A DNA stretch of 64,000 nt, taken from assembly GCA_951406725.2 (NCBI GenBank), contig OX597836.1, positions 19,530,001 to 19,594,000 of the forward strand. Reading direction: 5' to 3'. This DNA is from Octopus vulgaris. Lineage: Eukaryota. Made by a program: the position numbers and the translations under genes. Position 1 is the first letter of the stretch, and every line of letters begins with the position of its first letter. A model generated the notes under the pieces. That model was given only the letters and a program-made list of their open reading frames with translations, did no database searches and was not told the DNA's origin. Positions 1 through 11,477 of the stretch are shown piece by piece.

Positions 1-38
<38 letters not shown>

Positions 39-515
39 ATGTTCATATTTCCTTGTCTTGGTATTGCATGTTAGTTGTAAACAAGTGTTGCAGTTATACT
101 TGTGGTGCCATTCATTTGCAACCTTCTGTGAGAACTGCTGCTGGTGCCACATAAGATGCACCCAGCACACTCTGCTCTCTACTTTACCAGATGTAATAAC
201 TTGTCCTGAACTTTTCCATGTTCATAAGCTTAAGAATATTATTTCTCTTGCTCACATTTTCCCATGTAATATTACTTATCTTGGAAACAGGGGAGGATTT
301 TGGCTACAGGGAAGAGCATCTGGTTGTAGAAAATTGTATCTCAGTAAATTCTGAACAGCCCATGCAAGCATGGAAAAGTGAATGTTAAACCAAGGATGTT
401 GATGTTGTTATTGCTGCTGTTGTCTTCTTCATTGCTTCTGTTACTATTAAACAATTAAGCATTGACTTGTAGTATTCTAAACCTGATTCTCTATTGTATT
501 AAACCTTCATTTCAG

Positions 516-665
516 CTCCCTTTGTGAAGAACTACGGTCTCTATTCCAAGCTCTCTGGTCTGGCCAGTCATCCGTTGTCAGCCCAAATGCTTTACTTCAG
601 GCTGTCTGGGATTATATTCCAGCTTTCCAAGGTTATTCACAACAAGATGCACAAGAGTTCTTGAG
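516..665 (+). CDS. USP44: USP44/USP49-like ubiquitin-specific protease, internal exon
   Basis: ttcag|...|gtaat; translates [49 protein letters not shown], with the [11 protein letters not shown] box. The Cys box lies upstream of the window. Confidence 0.93.
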
Positions 666-1776
666 GTAATACAATTGTTATTTCCAATTTATTTTAACGA
701 CTGTTTACATCTGTGAACTCCAATTAGCAATCAACCCTGGATCTGTTGTACACACCTTCCCTTTTAACCCTCTTGTTACCATTTTTTTGTCGAAATGCAG
801 AATGGGCCAAAGGTCACACACAAAATAAGTTCTATATGCTCCAAAATTGTCAGACATGCTTCACCTTTTCTAGAACTGAAGAAAAATAAAATAATGATGA
901 ATACACACATACTTGCACATGATGAACAACATGAATGTGATATTAAAAAAAATGCCAAATGTTTTGGCACATGACTTTTGGCCCACCCCCTATACTACCT
1001 TTATTTCAATTAATTTTAGAAATAATGAAGAATTTAGTAAAATAATCTTGTCAGAAGTTGGCTTACCAACCACATAGTTTCAAGTTCAATCCCACTGCAT
1101 ATCACCTTTCAGAAGTATCTTCTACTGTAGCCCAAGGCTGTCCAAACCTTGTGAGTGGATTTGGTAGGTGGAAACTGAACTGAAAGAAGCTTGTGGGTGT
1201 GTATCTGCGTGCACATGTGTCTCTGTGTTGTGTTTTTGCTTGACCTCTACCACCGCTTGACAATCAGTGTTGGTTTGGTTACATCCTTGTTACTTAGTGG
1301 TCCAGCAAAAGAAACCAATAGAGTAAGTACCAGGCTTTTAAAAAAAAATTCCAGTGTCAATTTGATTGAGTAATATTTGGGCAATATGTCTGTCTTCCTC
1401 AAGTGAAAAATAAAAAAAAATATGCAAAAATACAAAAATTCTAAATTTGAACAAGAATATCCTGCATTTCCTTTTAGATAAAAGGACATTATCAGTTTTT
1501 GCATTTTACAAACTGGTAAGAAAGAAAAAGAAACAAAGAAACCATGAAAGAGAACTCTTAATCAAAAAGTTATGTGCAAATGTAATGAAATTCTCCTGTC
1601 ACTTCATTCATTCCTCTAGGGTGTGACTATTTTAATTCACAAATATATTTATCCTCATGGGTTTTGAGGACTGCAAGTGCAGTGGAATCAGAATATTTTT
1701 GGAAAATTTACAGCTGTCTGATGTAAAATGTTTTAGTGGATCACAATTAAAGGAAAGTACAAATGATATAGCTTAA

Positions 1777-2545
1777 CGTTAGCACGTCGGGCGAAATGCT
1801 TAGCAGTATTTCATCTGCCGCTACGTTCTGAGTTCAAATTCCGCTGTGGTCAACTTTGCTTATCATCCTTTCGGGGTCGATTAAATAAGTACCAGTTACG
1901 CACTGGGGTCGATATAATCGACTTAATCCGTTTGTCTGTCCTTGTTTGTCCTCTCTGTGTTTAGCCCCTTGTGGGTAGTAAAGAAATAGGTATTTCGTCT
2001 GTCGTTACGTTCTGAGTTCAAATTCCGCTGTGGTCGACTTTGCCTATCATCCTTTCGGGGTCAATTAAATAAGTACCAGTTATGCACTGGGGTCGATATA
2101 ATCGACTTAATCCGTTTGTCTGTCCTAGTTTATCCTCTCTGTGTTTAGCCCCTTGTGGGTAGTAAAGAAATAGGTATTTCGTCTGTCGTTACGTTCTGAG
2201 TTCAAATTCCGCTGTGGTCGACTTTGCCTATCATCCTTTCGGGGTCAATTAAATAAGTACCAGTTATGCACTGGGGTCGATATAATCGACTTAATCCGTT
2301 TGTCTGTCCTAGTTTATCCTCTCTGTGTTTAGCCCCTTGTGGGTAGTAAAGAAATAGGTATTTCGTCTGTCGTTACGTTCTGAGTTCAAATTCTGCCGTG
2401 GTCAACTTTGCCTTTCATCCTTTCGGGGTCGATTAAATAAGTACCAGTTACGCACTGGGGTCGATATAATCGACTTAATCCGTTTGTCTGTCCTTGTTTG
2501 TCCTCTCTGTGTTTAGCCCCTTGTGGGTAGTAAAGAAATAGGTAT
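1777..2545 (+). mobile_element. Tandem tetramer of tRNA-derived SINE family 1 (184-bp units)
   Basis: Units start at 1806, 1990, 2174 and 2358; B-box GAGTTCAAATTCC; central GCCTTTCATCCTTTCGGGGTCGAT..AAGTACCAG resembles the MetaSINE domain (recalled); single TSD tatagcttaa. Confidence 0.85.
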
Positions 2546-3632
2546 AGCTTAAATTAGTAAGGAACGTTAAACTTTCACATCTAAATTTAACTGTCAATAT
2601 GAAATTTAGGACTGAATTCTTTTAGTGATTAACTAGCACCAAAATTTCACCAACCTTTGAAAAGTGTTGCATGAAAGTTACCAGCTTATTTCAGAAAAAA
2701 AATTCTCATTTCAAGCAAATATTTCCTCATCTGCCTATTGTAGCCCATGCATATAAAGTATTTCAACAGAACTTGCCAAACATTTTACATCAAAAGGTTG
2801 TAATTTGAGGAACACTGGGAAGTACACATTCTCAGAAAATATTCTGACTCCACTGCACTTTCACTCCTTAAACACATGAGGGTAAATATATTGGGGAATT
2901 TTTAATGTCACGCCTTGGAGGAACAAGCAAAATGACTGGAGAATTCCTTCATATGTACTGGCTTCCGTGCCGGTGGCATGTAGGAGGCACCATTCGAGCG
3001 GGATCGTTACCAGCATCGCCTTACTGGCACCTGTTCCGTTGGCATGTGTAAAAAATTCGAGCGAAGTCGTTGCCAGTACCGCCTGACTGGCACGTAAAAG
3101 CATCCACTACACTCTTGGAGTGGTTGGCTTTAGGAAGGGCATCCAGCTGTAGAAACTCTGCCAGATCAAGACTGGAGACTGGTGCAGCTATCTGGTTCAC
3201 CAGCCCACAGTCAAACTGTCCAACCCATGCTAGCATGGAAAGCGGACGTTAAACGATGATGATGATGATGATGTACACTAAACTTTTTGGTGTTGTCTTT
3301 ACTGATTTCTTCTTTTTTTTTTCCACCAGTTATAAAAGCAGCAAAGACTGATGATATCATTTTATCCGAGAAGGAATGCAGAATATCCCAGTTCAGATTT
3401 TGAATTTCTGTATTTCTACATATTTTTCCATTTTGAACCTGAGGAAAACATACATAGTGCCAAACTATTGTTCAGTTCAATAAACAGAGTCAGTCTCTAT
3501 TATAAATTGTATCATACTCTTCTTATTGTGTATTTCCCTTCGTGTAGAGTTGTTGTGTCAATCTTCATAGATTATAGCTGTTGTTGTTGTTGTTATCTTC
3601 CACTTGTGATGATTTATTAAATTTACTTGCAG

Positions 3633-3735
3633 TGAACTCCTTGACAAAGTCCAAGCAGAGCTGCACCATCTTGGTTATATCAACAAATCTCAAGATGTTG
3701 TCACAGATACATTCCAGGGGGAATTGGTCAGTGAG
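3633..3735 (+). CDS. USP44: USP44/49-like exon
   Basis: tgcag|...|gtgag; ELLDKVQAELHHLGYINKSQDVVTDTFQGELVSE, in phase with the previous exon. Confidence 0.92.
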
Positions 3736-4868
3736 GTGAGTTCTGTATTCCTTTACTTGTTATCACTACCTTTAATGTCAATGAACCCATAATAGTCCTG
3801 TACTCATAACTAATCACAATTGCCACCACCAGGCCCTGAACTGTCTGTGACTGTAGTCCAAAATGTGTTGTAGTTGTTTTAGGCACTTTTCTGTGTCAGA
3901 AACTAAGTTCAACCCCATTTTAGAAAGAACTGCCTGTTGAAAACCATTTCCTGTTGACACCATGTGAAGAGATGAACATAATGAATGAAGAACAAGGGTT
4001 GAATGGTGACCAGTGATAAATATAAATTGGAGGAAATTTAGGGAGACTAGGAAATGACTGGAGTGTGATTGTTGCTGGAGCAGCCAACTGGCTTCCGTGC
4101 CAGTGGCATGTAAAAGGGCACCATTCGAGCGTGATCATTACCAAAGTTGCCTTTCTGGCACCTGTGCTGGTGGCATGTGTAAAAGGATTTGAGCAAAGTC
4201 ATTGCCAGTACCGCCTGACTGGCCCCCGTGCCAGTGGCACATAAAAAGCACCCACTATACTGATGGAGTGGTTGGCGTTAGGAAGGGCATCCAGCTGTAG
4301 AAACTCTGCCAAATCAAGATTGGAGCCTGGTGCAGCCATCTGGTTCGCCAGCCCTCAGTCAAAATCGTCCAACCCATGCTAGCAGTGAGCAGGCTGGGCA
4401 AAATGCTTAGTGGCATTTCAAGAGTTGGGTGATGACCATTGATAAGTATGAATTGTAGGGAAGTTGAGGGAGAATAGGTAATGACTGACCGTACGGAAAG
4501 AGCTGAAGAGCAGTGGAATAGTAATAATACATGATGAGATAAAAGTGAGAAAAGGAAATGATGTGGTAGAGGAGGGAAGGTTGCAGGAGTGTCAGAGGAG
4601 AGACATTGTGCACGGGAAGGGTGAGAGATGTATGGTGGTGGAGAGGGGTTGAAAATTTGGTGGCGCAGAAGGTGGTGGGGAAACGAGGTAATATTTGATT
4701 AAATATGTACATAATGTCCTATAAGCCTAATTGTTATCAATTTCCAAGCATCTTAAAGAAAATAGACTTCTTTTTGCACTTTTGTTTCTTTGAGTTACAA
4801 AAACTTGTCAGCTTATATCCACTCTCATGATGTTCATCCACAAGTTATACTTCTTCCTTCTGTTTTAG

Positions 4869-5001
4869 ATAACATGTTTGTCCTGCGAACAGAAGTTTCA
4901 AACCTACGAACCATTTATGGATTTATCTCTTGAGTTTCCATCTCGCTACCAGAGAAAGTCTCCGAATTGGAAGATTGCCAGTAATGTTTGTCATATAACA
5001 G
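4869..5001 (+). CDS. USP44: USP44/49-like exon
   Basis: tttag|...|gtata; ITCLSCEQKFQTYEPFMDLSLEFP... (CxxC of the Zn ribbon, EPFxDLSL motif). Confidence 0.92.
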
Positions 5002-5023
5002 GTATATATCATCATATATATAT

Positions 5024-5260
5024 AAGGTGACGAGCTGGCAGAATCGTTAGCATGCCGGGCGAAATGTGTAGCTGTATTTCGTCTGTCGTTACGTTCTGAG
5101 TTCAAATTCCGCCGAGGTCGACTTTGCCTTTCATCCTTTCGGGGTTGATAAATTAAGTACCAGCTACGCACTGGGGTCAATGTAATCGACTTAATCCGCT
5201 TGTCTGTCCTTGTTTGCCCCCTCTGTGTTTAGCCCTTTGTGGGTAGTAAAGAAATAGGTA
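5024..5260 (+). mobile_element. SINE family 1, full-length, inserted at a USP44 splice donor
   Basis: aaggtgacgagctggcagaa...aaagaaatagg; TSD aggtatatatcatcat at 5000-5015 and 5256-5271. Confidence 0.88.
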
Positions 5261-5863
5261 TATATCATCATCATCATCCTCATCCTCGTGCCGGTGGTTG
5301 GCGTTAGGAAGGGCATCCAGCTGTAGAAACTCTGCCAGATCAGATTGGAGTCTGGTTCGCCAGACCTCAGTCAAATCGTCCAACCCATGCTAGCATGGAA
5401 AGCGGACGTTAAAAGAAAGATGATGATGATGATGATGACTGCGAATCATCCTCACCTGGGAAACACAGTTGTAATAAGTATTAATCCTTATCTGCTTTGA
5501 GTGTAACCTTTAGATCTTCAAAAACCACTTCAACTCTAACAACCACATTGTTATGGGATTAAGTCTTGTAAAATTACAATAATTTTCTATAATTTTCCTT
5601 TGTTTTATCAACATCATCGTTTAACGTCCGCTTTAAATGATAATGATGATGAAACAAAAGAAAATTATAGAAAATTATTGTAATTTTACAAGACTTAATC
5701 CCATAACAATGTGGTTTACAATTTAATATTTTGATAACTTTCTTCTTTGAGACATGGTTTATTGATTCATCTTTTTTTGATCAATGAAATTTCAATAATG
5801 TAAAAATGTCTTTTGCAACGCTATTTTTTTACATATTTTTAATTTTTTTTTTTACTTTTTCAG

Positions 5864-5932
5864 AAATGCTTTCCCATTTCACAAAATCAGAACGTCTGGA
5901 TGGCAGGATATATGCTTGTGATTCTTGTAATG
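5864..5932 (+). CDS. USP44: USP44/49-like exon
   Basis: ttcag|...|gtgag; (E)MLSHFTKSERLDGRIYACDSCN (second CxxC). Confidence 0.92.
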
Positions 5933-6612
5933 GTGAGTTGTCTTTTAGTCTTCAGTTAACCCTTTAGTGTTCAGATTACTCTGTTAAATGTAATGCTTTG
6001 TTATTTAAATTGTTTTGAATTAATCATGCATTATCTTATAGATTTAAGGTTTCAATAATGTGAATATCTATTTTTAGAATGTCAATGTAGGTTAAGTGTG
6101 AGAGGCTAGATATGGCCAGTTTGAATATAAAACATGTAGAATATATTGGGCCGGATTTGGCCAGTTTAAACACTAAAGGGTTGATGGTAAGGAACAGTTA
6201 TTCAGTTAACTTTGCAAACAGGTGCAAACACAAGTGTTCAGTTAACTAGTTTTCTTTGTAACCACGTGGTTTTGAGTTCAATCCCTCTGTGCAGCTCCTT
6301 TGGGCAAGTGCCATCTACAATGTAAATATGGTACATGGAAACTATGTGGAAACCTGTTGTATATATGTGTTTATAGGTGCAGGCTTAGTTGTGTGGTAAG
6401 AAGCTTGCTTCCAAATCACATGGTTTTGAGTTCAGTCCCACTGTATGTTACCTTGGGCTAGTGTCTTCAGTTATAACCTTGGGTTGACCAAAGCCTTATG
6501 GGTGGATTTGGTAGACAGAAAGTGAAAGAAATCTGTTGTATAAATATATGTATGTATGTGTTGTTACTCTTTGCTTTGACATCATGGGATGTCTAGTCAC
6601 AAGGAAACTATA

Positions 6613-7040
6613 TGCCAAACAAGACCCTGAAGCCTGATGCAATCCTTGGACCAAGTGGATTCTGTCCAACAGTTATTTTTACTTGTACTTGTGGCGACAT
6701 TCACCCTGGGCGGGTTGAGTCGGCTTCTTCCTTGGAAGAAGTTTCTTGGGAATATGTGGATTTCACAAGCGATCCCCAACAATCCTGCATGTAGAGACAT
6801 CCTGTTTGCCACAGACGCAGGGACAGAACGACCGAGGAGCCACCGGTTGCCGAAACAGACACTCCGAGGATTTTTCACCAGAGCCCCGTCTGCCGGGTTG
6901 TGGCCCTAATACCACTCGGTGTCAGACCAATCCGCCTTGGGTGGCCCTACCAGGAACCGAGGTTCCCGACGGCATAGCTCTGACACTACCCGTTGCCAGC
7001 ATCCCCACCACCGCGGTGAGGAGGGGATGGACTTTGGGGA
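6613..7040 (-). mobile_element. RTE-clade LINE 5' UTR fragment
   Basis: GC-rich island; gagctatgccg...ggtagggccacccaaggcgga resembles BovB/Expander 5' UTRs (recalled). Confidence 0.55.
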
Positions 7041-8243
7041 CGCAACAGTTGAGTCTATGCCAGTATGAAACATGGATATTAATTGATGATTATTAAACTC
7101 TAATTGGATTTGAAATGCTGTCCTTTACTTTACAGTGAGCAAGAAATATTTAATTCTGCCAACTATGGTGAATTGGCAGAGTCATTAGAGTACCACATGA
7201 AATGCATTATAATATTTCATTCTGGGTTCTTGCAATCTGAGTTCAACTCCTGCCAATGTCACATTTTTTTTTTATCCTTCAGAGGCTAATAAAATAAGAA
7301 ACCAGTCTAGGACTGTGTATTGGTAGAATACCTTGCAGTATTTGTTCTGGACTTGTGTGCTCTGAGTTCAAATCCCACTATGGAATTACATGGGTGGTAC
7401 ACTTAGTTTGTCACCCAGTTTAATACCGTTACCTGGTACTTTGGGTACCTTTAGCAGAATCCACTCTTGCAGGAAAATACCTGCCAGATCTCTAGTTTGA
7501 GGATATTTTCCACCCTCTTTCTCTATCGATCTTGGAGGTCCCTATTCATAAGTACTGCCCTCCCATCTTGATATCTCTTGATCCAACCCACCTAGGACCA
7601 CTTCTGGTTCTATGATACAAACATCTTGCTTTAAAGCAATCTAAATTAAAGCCATATTCCATCTAAATATCATGTTAATTTATGATTCAAACACCAGCTG
7701 AATAATAATAAAGTTTTGTTAAATTCTTCTCTATTTTCAAAATTAATTGAAACAAAGATAGTTTTTTTTTTTTTTTTTTTTGGTTGGTGGCACGTAAAAA
7801 CCACCAACCGATCATGGCCGTTGCCATCCTCCCCTGGCACGTAAAAAGTACCCACTACACTCACGGAGTGGTTGGCGTTAGGAAGGGCATCCAGCTGTAG
7901 AAACACTGCCAGATCAGACTGGAGCCTGGTGCAGCCTCCTGGCTTCCAAGACCCAGGTCAAACCGTCCAACCCATGCTAGCATGGAAAACGGACATTAAA
8001 CGATGATGATGATGATGATGAAAGATAGTGTATTTCATCAGAAATATGGTACTGAATGAGTTAAATGATAAAAAAAGATAAAATAAATGGACATAATTTG
8101 GAAATTTAAGACAATTGTAGAGAAAAAAAATGATCTAACATTGTGATTGATACCAAAAATATATTTGCAAATGTTGATATGTAAAAAAAAATTAAATTTG
8201 TATCACTGATTTTTCTTTTTATTTTCTTTTTTAATTCTTGAAG

Positions 8244-8349
8244 GTAAAAGACGATCAAATTCTTCTGCTAAAATCTATACCAAAATCAAAAAGCAATTTT
8301 TATTGAGCAAACTACCTCATGTCTTGCGTCTTCACCTGAAACGGTTTAG
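8244..8349 (+). CDS. USP44: USP44/49-like exon
   Basis: tgaag|...|gtaag; KRRSNSSAKIYTKIKKQFLLSKLPHVLRLHLKRF (LPxVLxLHLKRF motif). Confidence 0.92.
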
Positions 8350-8733
8350 GTAAGAGAATTTCTGGTCCTTCTCTCCTGACCATCTGATTCTGGAGTAAAT
8401 GTTTCATTCATGTATTTGCAAACTTGGGAGAGATTCTTGAGACAACAAGCATTGCCAGCTGCTATTGTTCTCAGAACATCAACCCTAGAAAAACAGGAGT
8501 CAACAAGCTTTCAAGGAATTTGTTTGGTTATCTCTTTATAATGACTTAGCAACAGACAAACATTTTAGAAGCTGTTGTTGTTATTTACCTTTTTCCCTCA
8601 TGTCAGCCTTATCAAACAGACTTTGAATCAAGATCAAAATAATTCCAGCCATGACCATCCCCATCTAATTTCCCAGATTATATTATCTAGAACAGCATTG
8701 GCCAATATGTATAGTTAGCCTTTTTCTTTTTAA

Positions 8734-8954
8734 CCCTTTAGTGTTTGCATTATTCTGCCAAAATTAATGCTTATTTATTCTCATTGTTTTGAACTAATCA
8801 TGCATTATCTTGTGGCTTTGAGATTTTGATGGGGCAACCGTTAATTTTTAGAATGATATTGTAAGGTTGATGTGAGAAGCCAGATCTGGCCAGTTTGAAC
8901 ATAAAACAGGCAGAATACTTTTGGCCGGATATGGCCGGTTTAAATGCTAAAGGG
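8734..8954. mobile_element. TTAA-flanked (piggyBac-type) MITE family A, 221 bp
   Basis: TTAA|CCCTTTAG...CTAAAGGG|TTAA; copies at 5960-6180, 27567-27789 and 52218-52436. Confidence 0.85.
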
Positions 8955-9255
8955 TTAAAGATGAATAAGGTGGGATTTGAGGAAGATTTAGCTGCTGTTT
9001 CTATCAGGTTGACATAGAGGCTGTCCTTGATAACTTGCTTAGAAATTAGTTAACCCTAACTACTTCTTCTCTCTCTCTCTCATTTCCTTGCTGTTCTTTC
9101 AGTATTTGTCTCCCAGACCAACCATTCTCCATCTGCTCCTCTTCCCCTTCAGTGATAAACACAAGATTATTTCAACATGTATTTATTTTATGATTTATAC
9201 AATCCCCAAAATTATAAAAATCTATTGAAACGTAATTATTTGTTTTGTTTTTTTA

Positions 9256-9478
9256 TATTATTATTATCATTATTATTATTGTTATTATCATTATTATTAT
9301 TGTTATTATTGTTATTATTATTATTGTTATTATTGTTATTATTGTTATTATTATAATTGTTATTATTATTATTGTTATTATTATTATTGTTATTGTTATT
9401 ATTATTATTATAATTATTATTGTTATTATTATTATTGTTATTATCATTATAATTATTATTGTTATTATTATTATCATC
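9256..9478. repeat. (ATT/GTT)n trinucleotide microsatellite next to a USP44 acceptor
   Basis: Direct reading; a similar (AAT)n tract lies at 44178-44263. Confidence 0.95.
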
Positions 9479-9498
9479 ACCATTTTCTTTCCCTCCAG

Positions 9499-9698
9499 AT
9501 GGTCGAAAGGTAACCACAGAGAGAAGATAGCTACACACGTCTCATTTGACAAGTTTTTGAACATTCAACAGTTTTGTGCCAAATCAATGAGCAGCATACA
9601 ATCCCAGCGCCTTTACCAACTCTCAGCCATTATCATCCATCATGGCAAAGGTTTCGGGTCAGGCCATTACACAGCTTTCTGCTGGAGCAAAGAGGCTG
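9499..9698 (+). CDS. USP44: USP44/49-like exon containing the catalytic His box
   Basis: tccag|...|gtatg; WSKGNHREKIATHVSF...YQLSAIIIHHGKGFGSGHYTAFCWSKEA. Confidence 0.95.
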
Positions 9699-9984
9699 GT
9701 ATGTAGTACTTTGATGCATGCATCATTTTCACTCCTCAGTGTCAGAGCATGAGACAAAATGCCCTTAAGTATATCTTCTGGGTTGTTGAATCCTTCTGAT
9801 GTTAAGTTAAGTTTGTCTTTTTATCCTTCCAGGGTCCAGAAATAAGTTACAATAAGATACCAAAGTCTTATGAGCAGATTTAGTTGATGGAAACTGAAAG
9901 TAGTCCATCGTGTTTGTGTTAGAGAGTGTGTTATTTCTAGACATTTCTTTCCTAGACATAGCATCAGAGTTGTAAACTATCATG

Positions 9985-10665
9985 ATCATTGTTCTACCGT
10001 GGTCAAGACAATGGAATTTACTATGTTACGCCAGACTTCACGGTCCATCATAGCATTACAGAGGTCCTGTTGCTAGATGCCTGTATCCTTGGAGATTACA
10101 TCAGGGTAGGAGAGTGCGCGCCCTCTGGTATCATGAGCAGATGGCTTCCGGAGGAGAAGAGTAGAAATTACCTCTTTTTCATCTCTACAACAATGTCCAG
10201 CAAACTGGACTCTTCTACCTTTCACAAGAGATGATACAGGTGGTAATTTCCCATATATTTCTACTTTGGTTGGATGACACTTCCATGAGAGATTTTGAGC
10301 TCTCATAAGGAGGCGAGTGTAAGTTCCATCCAACTGCCTCTCAAGCTTCTTTGATAATGTCCAGGTTTCTGAGCCATATAGTAGAATTGGTTCGACTGTG
10401 GCTTTGAAGATTTTAAGTTTGAAATCTCTACTTAGATTTGATGACCAGATCTTATGCATATCATTACAGGCTGACCAGGCCATACCTTTAACATCGCTCT
10501 TATCAGTGATTCTCTCTCCAATGCCCAGTCTCTTTTACAATCTCTTGAACAAGCCTCAAATTGTGTAGGTCTTTACCTCAATGAGTCCAAGACTGAATAT
10601 GTAAACAAGTGCCTGTCCAACAGTGATTTCATCATCCATACTCTCAACAATATGATCTTAAATAT
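9985..10665 (-). mobile_element. RTE-X/RTE-like LINE 3' fragment with 5' inversion
   Basis: On -: KIWSS...FKATVEPILLYGSETWTL...LDGTYTRLL; 10491-10665 on + gives IALISDSLSNAQSLL...VGLYLNESKTEY (RT domain). Confidence 0.82.
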
Positions 10666-11031
10666 GTAAACTCTAGGTGCAGGCATGGCTGTGTGTTAAG
10701 AAGTTTGCTTCCCAACTACATGGTTCTGGGTTCAGTCCCACTGCATGGCACCATAGGCGAGTGTCCTCTACCATAGCCTTAAGCTGACAAAAAACCTTGT
10801 GAGTGAATTTGGTAGATGGAAACTGAAAGAAGCCTGTCATCTATGTGTGTGCGGTTGGCCCTTGTCACCATTTGACAACTGGTGTTGGTGTGTTTATGTC
10901 CCTGTAACTTAGTGGCTTGGCAAGAGAAGTGCCTGGAGGAGGTAGGGCTGCTTTTTCCATGCCACTGCCATCATTAATTTTCAGAAACATTAATTTCAAT
11001 GTCGGCTTTGTAAGGTGAATTCTACAATTAA

Positions 11032-11339
11032 CCCCTTACCCAACAATTATTTTGAAAATAAATGTATTTTTTCAGACATATTTTTTAATTGTTTTATTTT
11101 ACTATGTTTTGAATGGTGATTTCGAGGTATATTTCAAACCTTATTTATTATGAATTTTAATTCAATAATATTGATTTTAAATTACCGCTTTGGGCAGAAA
11201 CGAGTTAACCCATTTTTAGACGAAGGAACTCGTTTGCTGTCGATTTTGGCGAGTCTATCTTTTGACGTGTTAACTCGCCAGAGATAGAAAAAAACGATTT
11301 CGGTTAAAACGCATATATTCGTTTCTGCCGGGTAAGGGG
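11032..11339. mobile_element. TTAA-flanked MITE family C, 308 bp
   Basis: TTAA|CCCCTTACCC...GGGTAAGGGG|TTAA. Confidence 0.75.
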
Positions 11340-11477
11340 TTAAAGATCTGATTTTCTCTATATTTTGTTGTATTTTATTTTTATCTTTCCAAATTGTTTG
11401 CCACCTTTAATAATTTTACTAATAAATTTGTGAAATGTTTTAATAAAGCTGATTGATTTAATCATTTGTCATTTCAG

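Noticed and set aside
1806-2545. CRISPR-like or satellite array
   Set aside because: There are no unique spacers; the units are SINE bodies in a eukaryotic intron.
9236-9706. Poly-Asn and poly-Ile ORFs
   Set aside because: They arise from the (ATT)n microsatellite; only 9499-9698 is a real USP44 exon.
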